From Mercenaria mercenaria (Eukaryota): a DNA stretch of 64,000 nucleotides. The position numbers were made by a program, and so were the translations under genes. This document shows positions 36,270 to 48,729 of this stretch, piece by piece (the first letter of the stretch is position 1; each line of letters opens with the position of its first letter). The stretch spans positions 83,403,972 through 83,467,971 of the forward strand of contig NC_069364.1 of the NCBI RefSeq assembly GCF_021730395.1, in the 5' to 3' direction. Below the pieces are notes generated by a model. It saw only the letters and a list, made by a program, of their open reading frames with translations, was not told the origin of the DNA and did no database searches.

Positions 36270-37740
36270 TGTATTCCTCAAATTGGTGATTTTGAATGAT
36301 AATCGGGTTTTTGTTTCAAAATTGAGAGCCGGAAAGGATATTCCCATTTTAGATATATATTTAAACTTTTGATTATATCTTTTAAGGGCAAAATATATGT
36401 GAATCATAAATTAAAAGTTAATTAATTAAAAAATAATTTTTGAAATTTAAATATTTTTATTCAAACATGTAATTTAAAATAACAGTTTTAACCTAATTTG
36501 ACAAAGACGGAATTAGGTCGACGTACATGTTTATTACCTGATATACATAACATTCTTATTTCTTCAAATTGGTGATTTTGAATGATAATCTGGAATTTGT
36601 TTAAAAATTGTCAGGAAGCATATAATTCCCATTACTCAATGTATTTTTAAAATATGTATTTAATGACCTCCAGATCTGGCTAAAAATAATCTTTCTCTCA
36701 AATTGAAGTTTGTTAATACTAGAAGATGTACGTGTTTTTGTGTCTAAAATATCTCGTCGAAACCAATAGCACTATAGCGGAATAAGTGATTTATGACTTC
36801 AAAATAAGATTTTTTTTATAATCGAGACAGTTTACCTTGAGTAAAGCGTTACAATCGCTTTTCGATTTTCATCATATAGAAAAACAGCAAATTCTCAAGT
36901 ATTTCCGTAATATATAGTTAAACTTTGTCAGTAATTAAGTTTTAAAGCCTTCTTAAGAAATATAGCATTTATTTCCATATATCTATAAAAGTATTTGTTC
37001 TTGTTGTCGAACGATCTGGAGGATAGTCCCTTTAATTTTTAAAATATTTTTATGAGGGCGAAATATATTATGTATTTCGAGTCTCCTTGAAAATGTGTCT
37101 TTTCAATTTAAAAAAGTTTTTAAATATTATGGATCTGTGGCCTATAAATGCGTTTTACTTTACAATAATGTGAATTTGATTTTGAACGTAAGATAAATTA
37201 TCAAAATTTATAACTCCATATCCATAATTTAGATTTTAACTTTAAAGTGTATTAATGCAAGAGCCGTAATAATTGTCCCTTTAGGCCCGGGGCATGTCAG
37301 ACAAACAGATACTAATCCAATTTGTAACGGTAATAAACAGAAATATGTCAGCATTCGGTTAACTTATTGTCAAACCCGTTATTTGACTTTATCATACATA
37401 TATAATCATTACAAAAAGATAAAATAAGAAATTTTTAACAACAATATTATAATACTTACAAACAAGAAACATGAAATTTACACCCGACCCAATGGACTTG
37501 TTATATTTACATGTACAATATTCAAGTTTAAATATGAACATGTAGTTCTATATGTTAATCAACTTTATGTTATGTTACGTTTTAATGCAATAAATAATTC
37601 TAGTAGTGAAAATGGTATTAAATGAATTAAAAAATGGAATATTTTTATTTAAACATGTAATTTAAAATAACTTTATTTTTATTTAATCTGACAAAGTAAT
37701 GACATTAAAGATGGAATTAGATTGACACACATGTCTATTT
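36270..37740 (+). repeat. AT-rich dispersed or short-range direct repeats. A roughly 270-bp unit occurs at 36270-36540, partially again at 36560-36700, and at 37600-37740. A roughly 130-bp pair lies at 37790-37930 and 38030-38160.
   Basis: Shared blocks TCAAATTGGTGATTTTGAATGATAATC and TTATT.AAACATGTAATTTAAAATAAC...TTTGACAAAG...GGAATTAG.T.GAC..ACATGT.TATT. Confidence 0.35.
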
Positions 37741-39109
37741 AATTCAGTTTATCCGGTGTCATCAGTACACGTGTACTGTGATGGGCAAAATTTTCCAAAT
37801 TAGTAAAATCAGTGATATTCAAACGTTTAGGGAAGCAAGACGACATAAAAATGATTTTAAAATAAACTCATTGAAAGAAAGATTAACTTTTCTAGTTTAC
37901 TTCAATAACTTAATAAATGTTGTGAGATGATTATAAATATAAGAATAAATCATTCTAAAAGACCATGTAAAGCTTAAAATCTGTCATTTCCTACAGAAAT
38001 CAGTGGGACTCTGGATCAAAATTAGTTACTTATTTCAAACGCTTAGGGAAGCAAGAAGATCATATTTTATTTTATTAAAAATTATATTGAAAGAAAGTGC
38101 AAATATTGCAGATTACTTCAATAACTTAATAAATATTGTCAGATGATGCTTTTGATGTCATCTGATGTGTTAAAGATTTTCTCCTTCTATATTTCAATAG
38201 GCGTAAATTGACCGATAATAGCTAATCGATACACTCGATAACCTGTTTTCAAGGGAGACAATTTCGCCAATAAGCCAGCAAATTGGCTTAGATTTCTGGG
38301 TATGAAAGCCGTATGTTATCCACTTTAAATAAAGTCTTTACCTACTTACTTACTTTTAACCTCGACCTAGGTTTACTGAGGCAAACTTTCTGACCTTTAA
38401 GGAGATCAAACAGAAAATGTGGCCTCTACAGTGTGTTAACAAGGTTTTAATGATTTAACCTAGTGTCCTAGTTTTTTTATCTCTGGTAACCTAGGTTTTG
38501 ATGGAAATGTCTCCCATACCACTCCAAATCTTTGGGAGACATAATTATAAATTATAAATGTAACTGATTAGGAATAGGCTCTTAACTGAAAAGATATGCC
38601 AAAACCACCAAACATTTGGGTTATACTTGGAAACAAGTATTGATAAAAAGTTCATAATTCACTCTGCAATAACTATGTAAACTGCCTTTTTCATGAAGAA
38701 AATCAGGTTATTTTCAACATTTTCTATCATTGATCAAAAGTAAACTTCAATGAAGTCTTTGCTTGAAAATTCCTGTTCATATCAAAATGTTTTTAAAGAA
38801 GAGCAATATACCCCTGAAGGGTTATGTGGTGGGCAAGAAAATATTTTTTTTTGGGGGGTGGGAGGGGGGAGTTCCAAGTTTCAAGTCAATACCTTTAATA
38901 TTCTTAAAGTTTTGCTTTGGACACAAAATAAGATGGGCAGATTTGACCTTGACCTTGGTTCATGCACTGCACATTGTCTCATCACCACCTACCTACAACT
39001 AAAGTTTGAAGTCAATCCTTAAATGGTTAATAAGATATGCTCCAGACACTAAACTAGAAAATGCTTTTGTAAAAAAGCGCATATCTCCCCCAATGCAAAG
39101 TCCTATAGG

Positions 39110-40760
39110 CAAGAAGTCAATAGGGGTCAGGAGCAAAAAGTCAAAGAGACACTGATGGTTGGCTGCAATAGGGATCATCTACTTGGCATGTCCAGTCATC
39201 CCGCTAAATTTCAACACTCTTGGCCTAGTGGTTCTCAAGTCACTGTTCAGGCTCCTGTGACCTTGCCCTTTGATCAAGTGACCTCAAAATAAATAGGGGT
39301 CATCTACTCTGCATGTCCAATCATCCTATTAAGTTTCAACATTGTAGGTCAAGTGGTTCTCAAGTTATTTCCAAAAAATGATTTTACATGAACAGGCCAC
39401 TGTGACCTTGACCTTTAATAGACTGACCCCAAAATCAATAGTGGTCATCTACTCTGCATGTTCAATCATCCTATGAAGTTTCAACATTCTGGGTCAAGTG
39501 GTTCTCAAGTTATTGATCGGAACTGGTTATCAATGTTCAGGCCTCTGTGACCTTGACCTTAACGGAGTGACCCCAAAAACAATATGGGTCATTTACTCTG
39601 CATGAACAATCATCCTATGAAGTTTCAACATTCTGGGAAGAGAGATTCTCAAGTTATTGATTGGAAATGGTTTTCCATGTTCAGGCCCCTGTGGCCTTGA
39701 CCTTTAACAGAGTGACCCTAAAATCGTTAGGGGTCATCTACTCTGCATGACCAATCATCCTATGAAGTTTCATCATTCCAGGTCAAGTGGTTCTCAAGTT
39801 ACTGACCGGAAATGGTTTTCAATGTTCAGGCCCGTGACCTTGACCTTTCACAGAGTGACCCCAAAATCGTTAGTGGTCATCTACTCTGCATGACCAATCA
39901 TCCTATTAAGTTTCAACATTCTGGGTCAAGTGGTTCTCAAGTTACTGACCGGAAATGGTTTTCAATGTTCAGGCCCCTGTGACCTTGACCTTTAATGGAG
40001 TGACCCCAAAATCGATAGGGGTCATCTATTTTGCATGTACAATCATCCTATGAAGTTTCAACATTCTGGGTCAAGTGGTTCTCTAGTTATTGATCGGAAA
40101 TGGTTTTCCATGTTCAGGCCCCTGTGACCTTGACCTTTGATGGAGTGACCCCAAAATCAATAGGGGTCATCTACTCTTCATGACCAATCATCCTATGAAG
40201 TTTCAACATTCTGGGTCAAGTGGTTCTCTAGTTATTGATTGGAAATGGTTTTCAATGTTCAGGCCCCTGTGACCTTGACCTTTGACGGAGTGACCCCAAA
40301 ATCAATAGGGGTCATCTGCTCTTCATGACCAATCATCCTATGAAGTTTCAACATTCTGGGTCAAGTGGTTCTCTAGTTATTGATCGGAAATGGTTTTCAA
40401 TGTTCAGGCCCCTGTGACCTTGACCTTTGACGGAGTGACCCCAAAATCAATAGGGGTCATCTACTCTTCATGGCCAATCATCCTATGAAGTTTCAACACT
40501 CTGGGCCAAGTGGTTCTCTAGTTATTGATCGGAAATGGTTTTCAATGTTCAGGCCCCTGTGACCTTGACCTTTGACGGAGTGACCCCAATAACAATAGGG
40601 GTCGTCTACTCCAGCAGCCCTACAACCCTATGAAGTTTGAAGGTTCTAGGTCAAATGGTTCTCCAGTTATTGCTCGGAAATGAAGTGTGACGAACGGACC
40701 GACGGACGGACGGACAGGGCAAAAACAATATGTCTCCTGGAGGAGACATAATAAAACAGG
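39110..40760 (+). mobile_element. Hairpin-terminated array of about eleven copies of a 145-bp CAATAGGGGTCAT family monomer (highly homogeneous at 39800-40600), followed by a (GACGGACGG)n microsatellite (40690-40715) and the terminal hairpin ATATGTCTCCTGGAGGAGACATAAT (40722-40750)
   Basis: CCTGTGACCTTGACC recurs at 40121 and 40266, a period of 145. Copies differ by only a few bases. The microsatellite-plus-hairpin ending matches those at 3826-3887, 18335-18422 and 48320-48405. Confidence 0.6.
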
Positions 40761-41290
40761 CAGATTTGACCTTTGATCTCAATTTGTGACCTTGACCTTA
40801 AACCAACAGACCAAATTCATGTTCTGTGCACATTGTCTAATCACTACCTTTCTACATGCCAAGTTTGAAGTCAATAAATTAAATGATTAATAAGTTAGGC
40901 TCCCTATATGAAATATGACAGACAGATTTGACCTTTGAACTCAATTTTTTTTCTTAGCCTTTGACCTACAAACCCAGTTCATATGCTCTGCACATACCTA
41001 CATGCCAAGTTTTGAAGTCAATACCTTGCATGGGTATTTAGTTATACTCCGGACACAAAATATGATGGCCAGTTTTGACCTTTCAGCTCCATTTTTGACC
41101 TTGACCTAAAGAGAAGTGTTCTGCACATTGTCTCATTGCTATATACCATCTATATGCCAAGTTTAAAGCTAATACCTTTAATGGTTAAAAAGCTCCGAAC
41201 ACAAATTATGATGGATAGATGGACTAGCAGACAGACAGACAGACACAAGCCCCATCACATCTTTTTTTTTTCAAAATGGGCATATAAAAA
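40760..41290 (+). repeat. Three copies of a roughly 170-bp monomer (..GGCAGATTTGACCTTTGA.CTCAATTT..GACCTTGACCT.AA...TGTTCTGCACATTGTCT.AT..CTA....ATGCCAAGTTTGAAGTCAATA...), a (CAGACAGA)n microsatellite, and the small hairpin GCCCCATCACATC..GATGGGC. A partial copy lies at 38880-39020.
   Basis: Read directly. Confidence 0.45.
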
Positions 41291-42564
41291 TCAATAAATT
41301 TCAAAGAACTTTGATCTCTTTGGTGAACTTATAATCAAAAACACTGTGATAGTTTTATATTACAATGTAAGTATGACTCTTCACAGGACATATATGGTAA
41401 GAATCAAAGAAAGACAAGCACCTGAACAGTGTACCTTAACCTTATATTTAAATACTGCATCATGAATTGACTCAGAGGGAAATATTTTTTATTTAACATT
41501 CAAACAAATAAATATCCTTCTTACAACCTATTTTGTTAGTTGTCAGACATATTGCTTACATGAAAACATATACAAGACATACATATATGTTGGCCCTATA
41601 TTGCTCGCCCGAGTTTAGTTGCTTGCTTGAACAGTTAAAAGCTTCAACTAAATAAATACAAGCAGATAATGTGTATGATTGTGTTTTAGAGGGGAGGGGG
41701 ATGAGGTGGGGTAAGACATAGAGGAAATGATGTAAATGACAATATGAAACATGATGATTTTTAAAGTTTCCACTACAGAAATATGAGGAATCAGAATAAT
41801 TTGACCAATTATGGTAATGTATCCCACAAGGACCATTTCTGTGAAATTAATTAAAGTTCAGGCCAGCAATTTCATACAAGAAGATTTTTAAAATTTCAAC
41901 TATATTCACAAAGGGAAAAGAGACCACACCCCCTGGTGGCCATGTTTTTTGATGAATCGTATTAATTTGAACAATCTTGGCAAGGGTTACATAAGGACTA
42001 TTTAATGTGTGAAATTATTTTAAAATAAATTATTCAACTAGTCTAGTGATTTAAGAGAAGATGTTGTTGTTAGAGATTTTTCTATGTTTAGCTCTGGTGG
42101 CCACTATGTGTAACCAAGTGGAGCAGTTTGAACAAAATTAAAAAAGGCCCCCTAAGTAACATCCAGGCCAAGTTTCATCAACTTCCAAACAATGGTTTCA
42201 GAGGAGTTGTAAGAAGGAAAGGGTGGATGGATGGACAGACGGGTGCCAGACAGTGAACTAGAAGTTGTTGGAAAATTGATCGGAATAAGCAGGAGTTTTC
42301 TCTTAAAAATAACAACCCTTACCCCATCCCAATCCCCTCCACCAACCTCAGAAATATAAGAAACACAAGCTAGTCTGAAATCCTTACTCTGCTTCAAAAC
42401 ACAATTCAGCCTCCTCTTCATAATCAGCCTCCTCTTCATTAAAGGCCAAACTTTTACTGTGCGACTAAAAATAAAAGTAAAAATTTCAAAAAATGTTTGG
42501 ACTAAGTATTCTGCATTTCTTCATCTTACATTTCACTAGGTTTTATCTCCAAACAAAAGGATCA

Positions 42565-43322
42565 AATAGTCCTTGGCCGCTCACCTTAAGACCATATGGA
42601 ATTATCTTGCTGCAAGAAAATACAGACCCTACTGCATACACAAGGTTTTTCTTTCATTTGACCAGATGATGTAGTTTTTAACCCAAGATCCCCCATATTC
42701 AAACTTGGCCTAGATTTCATCGAGACAAACATTCTGATCCCATTTCAAGAAGATCCAGTAAAAAAATGCAACCTCTATTGCATACACAAGGGTTTTTTTA
42801 TGATTTGACCAGATGACCTAGTTTTTGACCCAAGATGACCCATATTCAAGCCTTGTGTAGATTTCATCAAGAAAAACATTCTGATCAAACTTCATGAAGA
42901 TCCAGTGAAAATGCATTCCCTATTGCATTCACAAGGTTTTTCTTTTATTTGATCTAGTGACCTTTTTTTTTTCCATCCCAGATAACACATATTCAAATTT
43001 GGCTTAGATTTCACCAAGACAAACATTCTGATCAAATTTCATGAAGGTCCAGTGAAAAATGTAGCCTCTATTGCACACACAAGTGTTTTCTTTGTGTTTG
43101 ACCTAGTGAACTAGTTTTTTACCCCAATTGACCCACATTCAAACATGGCTTAGACTGCACCAAGGCAATCATTCTGATAAAATTTCTCGAAGATCAAGTA
43201 AACAATGCAGCCTCTATTGCATACACAAGCTAAGTGTGAACAAACGAAAGACATCAGATGCCGGTTATCGAGTGACTACAATAACTTATCCGAGCATTGC
43301 TCAGGTGAGCTAAAAACATAAA
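42565..43322 (+). mobile_element. HINE. 5' ..TCCTTGGCCGCTCACCTTAAG, about four copies of a 150-bp monomer, and the terminus ..GAGCATTGCTCAGGTGAGCTAAAAACAT. Unusually, no microsatellite precedes the terminus.
   Basis: Monomers ..CATTCTGATC.AATTTCA.GAAGATCCAGT.AAAAATG.AGCCTCTATTGCA.ACACAAGG... The terminus is conserved. Confidence 0.55.
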
Positions 43323-43619
43323 ATCATCCTCTAAATTTTGCTGGTAGGAGACCAGAAAATTGTCCTTGGTTTATCAATAATAACCTTAGTACTAAGTCTG
43401 GAGTATTTGCAATATTTATCTCTGACCTACAGCTAGAAAAAAATAAACAAAAACCGCAGTCCTCAATAATTATCAGACCTTTTGAAAGAGTAGCTAAGGC
43501 ATTTTCAAGCTATACATGTATATCAAGAAAATTAATTACTTAACTAAATGTGTGTCCATAGGACACAGATGCCCCTGACTCCTGTCATTGTACATAGTAT
43601 GACTCAAGGTTAAACATGG

Positions 43620-43890
43620 GGGCCTCTGTGGCAGAGTGGTTAAGGTCGCTGTCTTCAAATCACTTGCCACTCATCGGTGTGTTTCAAGCCTCACTCTGGG
43701 TGTTGAATTCTTCATTTGAGGAAGCCATCCAGCTGGCGGAAGGTCCGTGGTTCTCCTCAGGTGCCTGCTCATGATAAAATAATGCACGGAGAGGCACCTG
43801 GGGTCTTCCTCCACCATTAAAGCCGGAAAGTCACCATATAACCTATCATGTGTTGGTGCGACGTTGAATCCAACAAGGTTAAACATTTTT
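43620..43890. other. Possible SINE or tRNA-related repeat. Its head GGGGGCCTCTGTGGCAGAGTGGTTAAGGTCGCTG has D-arm-like GTGGCAGAGTGGTTAAGG.
   Basis: A tRNA-like D-arm motif is visible, but no full cloverleaf could be drawn by eye and no tail or target-site duplication was identified. Confidence 0.2.
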
Positions 43891-44789
43891 TCAAGATGTA
43901 TGAAATATAAACTTTTAAGAACTTACTGTGTATTTTTCAGTGAAGACCATAACTCTGACCTAGCTGAATGAAATCCTAAAGAGAACACACAGTCCAAAAC
44001 TAAACAATCCTCTAATGTTTTATGACTCTAGGTAAAGTACATTTTGACATACATGCAGCACATACAACTTCAAACGTAACATCAGTTGTGCAACTTCACA
44101 TGCTATATAACAATCCTCTAATGTTTTATGACTCTTAACTCAAACTTTTATCCCATTTATGCATATTTTTTTTGACAATCACTCTGGTGTGACTGGTAAA
44201 ATTCCAGAACAGAACGACATGTGCACAACTTCATATGCTGAATAATATTCCTAGGTGTTTCATGACCCTAGGTCATATACTTTTTGAGATATGTCTGACA
44301 CAACTTTTATGTCTTTTTATGCATATTCTTTTCCTATGTCAACGGCCATAACTCTGGTCCGAGTGGTTTATCTAGCTGAATAATATTTCTGTAATTTTTA
44401 CATGCCACACAAATTTAGGCCCTTTTTATGCTTTTTTTAATAAGTCAAGGGCCGTAACACTGGTCTGACTGTGTGAGATCCAAATTTAAACCCCTGGTGG
44501 ACTGCTTCTAATACTGAATTTCAATCATGTGAGGATTGACGACTCTGTGGCAAATACTTCTTGAGATATATGAACAACATTTTCCATAACCTTGTAATAA
44601 ATGCTTTTCAATTTTGAACTGAAAAACTAGTAAAAAACAGCTCATTCTTAATAATTAAGTCAATCCTGTTGAGTGCTTACACTTCATTCAGTTGTCTTAA
44701 AACACAGAGTAAACAGCTTTAAATACAGCAGTATATACATGTATTTCCAATAACGTTTCACAATTATATCCCTTTATATCATGTCATAC

Positions 44790-44953
44790 CTTAGTATTAA
44801 TACTATCTAACAGCTCATTTTGTTTTTCAAGTTCTTCTCCCATATCCACTGCCATACATCTAAGGGAAGCAAGCATATCAGATTGTTCCTCCTTTTTTTC
44901 TGCTACAGCTGATCTGGCTATCCTTCTCTTTAATACAGGTTCATCTCCAGGAC
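44790..44953 (-). CDS. Coding exon of 164 nt (entry phase 1) encoding a SNAP25-type Qc-SNARE motif: ..GPGDEPVLKRRIARSAVAEKKEEQSDMLASLRCMAVDMGEELEKQNELLDSINTK
   Basis: Acceptor ..TATTTGCCAAG| and donor ACTAAG|GTATGAC. SLRCMAVDMGEELEKQNELLDSI matches the SNAP-25 C-terminal SNARE [23 protein letters not shown] at 10 of 23 positions with identical spacing (established family knowledge). It is phase-compatible with the upstream UBL exon. Confidence 0.45.
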
Positions 44954-45340
44954 CTTGGCAAATACAGAAGTTGATATTTCAGAATGTGCCACGACGATAA
45001 AATTATCCTCTTTTCCACTAAACGAAAATGTTTACTCAACCAGAATCCTTAAAAGTACTTGCAATACAGATATGTGTGGTGACCAAAATACTGTGATGAC
45101 CAGAATACTAAGTCAATATCTTTAGGATGAATAAAATTCAAATACATTAAAACATGATCTTTTGTGACATTTCAGTATAAAAAAAAACACATTTAACTAC
45201 GAACATACTTCATGTGGAAATAGAGACAAAACTGTATAATGTAATGCCAATCCAGCTTTGTGTGACCACCAGAATGGTTTGCCTCTGGGATATATTTTAT
45301 AGTTTCATTAAATATTACAGAATGAGCCAAGTCACCATAC

Positions 45341-45486
45341 CTCCCCTCAGTCTTAACACAAGATGCAACATTGACTCATGCTGGATGTTATAGTCCTGCA
45401 GTGATCTACCATCTTCTAACTGCTTTCCAGCAAATATCAATCTCTGTTGATCTGGTGGTATTCCTTCTTTGTCTTGAATCAGTGCC
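45341..45486 (-). CDS. Coding exon encoding the C-terminal two-thirds of a ubiquitin-like domain, [49 protein letters not shown]. It ends in phase 1 after RLRGG.
   Basis: Acceptor CATTTTGCAG| and donor GGGGAG|GTATGG. It is about 90% identical to the invariant ubiquitin segment [48 protein letters not shown], with 4 substitutions, so it is a ubiquitin-like domain rather than canonical ubiquitin. It overlaps the listed ORF 45315-45551. Confidence 0.6.
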
Positions 45487-46406
45487 TGCAAAATGCAATC
45501 ATTGAAGTCACATGGCATTGTGGTCATATGGCAACTTTCCAGCTTAAACATTTGAGGAAAATCCCAGGGGACCCTTTACAGGGCCGCTGGGTAAAACCAA
45601 AAGCCTTTCACAAACAAACAGTATAGTTTCTTCAACAAAAATATCAGTGGTAACCTCAACCATTCAGCCTTATATAATTCATCAAAAACAAACACATAAC
45701 TATAACTATGAACCAATATAAATTCTTTCAACCTAGTACCATTAATGCTCCCAGTGAGTCTATTGTCACCTTTTATTTTTTGTGTTTACCTTAGTAAGAT
45801 GCTATCATAATTATTTTTAAATAAAAAAAACATTTTTCATTTACCTATAAAACCAATGAAATGTTATAGCAAATGTACAAACACAGTCATGATAACAAAT
45901 ATATTTAAGGCCAATCCACCTATTATTAGCTTGCAAACAAAAGCTTTAGCAAAATTTTCTGAGATGAAAAAGGGACATAAATTTGCATGAGTATTGTTAA
46001 CTAGAGCTATGAAACTTGCCATATGAGGTCATATTGAAATGCCGGGAGACATACATGCAAAACTTTCACATAATTTCTATATTAAAAGGGGACATGATTT
46101 TGATAAAATAAAAAGAGTTATGTAGCTTGTCCTATGAGTTTATCTCATAAGGCCAAACACAAATGTTGAAAAAATTTGACCTAGTGGTTTCTGACAAACC
46201 TGTTTACAACCGAGTAAAACTTATTATGCAGACGCCAACACCAACAAAAGGGTGGCAACAAGACTGTAATATTTGAAAAGTTTAGTTGCACTAAAAAATT
46301 GGTAACACTTTAATTTAACATGATAACTAACACTATATATACTATCATAAAATGTGTAGTTAACATTTGGCTATATCAACAGATTTCAAATCAGAAAAAT
46401 CAATAC

Positions 46407-46510
46407 CTTTACATCAGCTATAGTACTGCAGGCATCCAAATCCATACTAACTGTCTTCCCCGTCAATGTTTTGACAAATAAGTGAGAAGTCTTCTGCGTT
46501 TTTGGATTCC
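46407..46510 (-). CDS. Coding exon encoding the N-terminal third of the same ubiquitin-like domain, ..[34 protein letters not shown]. It has no initiator Met, so the domain is internal to a larger protein.
   Basis: Acceptor CTATTTAG| and donor [37 protein letters not shown] aligns to ubiquitin [25 protein letters not shown]. The intron position between VK and A(L/K)IQDKEG is phase 0 on both sides. Confidence 0.5.
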
Positions 46511-46619
46511 CTAAATAGTAAATTAATTTAAAAAACATTAAACACTGCTTTTAATAACAAGAGATCACAGAGTGATCTTGGCGCCCACCAATGTGCCATT
46601 TTTGAGTGTTCCAAATTTC

Positions 46620-47560
46620 AAGACTTACTGACTAGCTCAAGGTCAAATTTCATTTCCGTACACAACACTGTGCATGTGGTCCAAATTCAAAAGCTGTAGC
46701 TTGAGATGTGAAAGTAGGTCACTAGATCAATTTCAAGGACAAAGTTCTTTGTACACAAAACTATGCATGTGCATCAAGTTTGAAGGCTGTAGTTTGAGAA
46801 ATTTGAAAGTAGGTCACTAGGTCAATCTTAAGGTCACAGTTTATTTTGGTACAAAAAACTATGCAAGTGGTCCAAATTTGAAGGCTGTAGCTTGAGAAAT
46901 GTGAAAGTAGGTCACTAGGTCAATGTCAAAGTTTGTTTCGGTACACAATCCTATGCATGTGGTCTAAATTTGAAGCCTGTAGCTACAGAAATGTGAAAGT
47001 AGGTCACTAGGTCAATCTTAAGATCAAAGTTCATTTCAGTACACAAAACTAAGCAAGTGGTCCAAATTTGAAGGCTGTAGCTCGAGAAATGTGAAAGTAG
47101 GTCACTAGGTCAAAATCAAGGTCAAATTTTATTTCGGAACACAGAACTATGCATGTGGTCCAAATTTGAAGCCTGTACCTTCAAAAATGTAAAAGTAGGT
47201 CACTAGGTCAATGTAAAGGTCAAAGTTTGTTCGGTACACAAAACTATGCAAGTGGTCCTAATTTGAATTTGAAGGCTGTAGCTCGATAAATGTGAAAGTA
47301 GGTCACTAGGTCAAAATCAATGTCAAATTTTTTTGACACAGAACTATGCATGTGGTCCAAATTTGAAGCCTGTACCTTCAAACATGTGAAAGTAGGTCAC
47401 TAGGTCAATGTAAAGGTCAAAGTTTGTTTCGGTACAAAAAACTAAGCATGTGGTCCAAATTTGAAGGCTGTAGCTTGAGAAATGTGAAAGTAGGTCACTA
47501 GGTCAAAATCAAGGTCAAATTTCATTTCGGAACACAAAGGTCAACTCATGTCAAGGTTCA
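46620..47560 (+). repeat. Tandem array of about eight copies of a 121-bp monomer (..AAAGTAGGTCACTAGGTCAAT.T.AAGGTCAAAGTT..TTTCGGTACACAAAACTATGCA.GTGGTCCAAATTTGAAGGCTGTAGCT.GAGAAATGTGA..)
   Basis: Direct repeats are read. They are diverged at the 5' side and homogeneous toward 47500. Confidence 0.65.
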
Positions 47561-48405
47561 TCTTGCCTCTCAAAACCATACATGTGGTCCAAATTTGAAT
47601 ATTGTAGGTTACTGACAAGAAGATTTTAAAAGCTTTTCCCTATATAAGTCTATATGAACCATGTGACCCCCGGGGCGGGGCCATATTTGACCCTAGGGGG
47701 ATAATTTGACCAAACTTGGTAGAGAACCACTAGATGATGCTACATAACAAATATCAAAGCCCTAGGTTTTGTGGTTTGGGCAAGAAGATATTCAAAGTTT
47801 TTCCCTATATAAGTCTATGTAAACCATGTGACCCCCGGGACGGGGCCATATTTGACCCTAGGGGGATAATTTGAAAAATCTTAGTAGAAGACCACTAGAT
47901 GATGTCACATACAAAATATCAAAGCTCTAGGCCCTATGGTTTTGAACAAGAGGTTTTTCAAAGTTTTTCCCTATATAAGTCTATATAAACCATGTGACCC
48001 CCGGGGCGGGGCCATATTAGACCCCGGGGAAATAATTTGAATCATCTTGGTAGAGGACCACTAGATGATGCTTCATACCAAATATCAAAGCTCTAGGCTC
48101 TGTGGTTTTGGACAAGAAGATTTTCAAAGTTTTTCCCTATATAAATCTATGTAAATTATAGAAATAAACAAAGGGCCATAACTCACTAAAAAATTGTTGA
48201 ACCAGTCTGATTTTCAGAGGGACACAACTAGAGTACCAATACATCATTCTGACAAAGTTTGGTCAAAATGCCCCTGGTAGTGTCTGAGGAGATGCGATAA
48301 CGAGAAATTGTTAACGGAAGGACGGACGGACGGACAGACGGAAGGACGTCGGACCACAGACGCAGAGTGATTTGAATAGCCCACCATCTGATGATGGTGG
48401 GCTAA
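47560..48405 (+). mobile_element. Hairpin-terminated element 3' portion. About four copies of the 155-bp monomer (ATATTTGACCCTAGGGGGATAATTTGA family), a unique pre-terminal segment, a (GGACGGAC)n microsatellite (48318-48352), and the terminal hairpin TAGCCCACCATCTGATGATGGTGGGCTA (48378-48405)
   Basis: Read directly. The hairpin has a perfect 12-bp stem. Confidence 0.5.
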
Positions 48406-48418
48406 CAATGTGTGTGTC

Positions 48419-48680
48419 CAAATAAGATAAATTATTTTCAATTAAAAATAATTTGATTTATTTATTCAAGAAATACTTGTTATGCTCGTTGCCATGGTCA
48501 CACGGTTATCTCTCGGTCTTTTCTTATAACTGGTTCCCGTCTTTCTGACTAATACGAATTACACATAATTACTGGGCCGAGAACAATCTTAATAACGGCT
48601 TATAAAAGCAAAAAACACGTGCAGCCTTTCTCACTTACGTCGTAGTCTACCTGTAAAGAACATCGAACTTACAACTTTTC
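48419..48680 (+). repeat. Ngaro-like element terminal repeat A1 (A2 copy at 54104-54365)
   Basis: 262-bp direct repeat, 259 of 262 identical. Confidence 0.8.
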
Positions 48681-48729
48681 TTCTGCTACGTATATATATA
48701 TATATACTAGTAAATCTACTCGGATTCTA

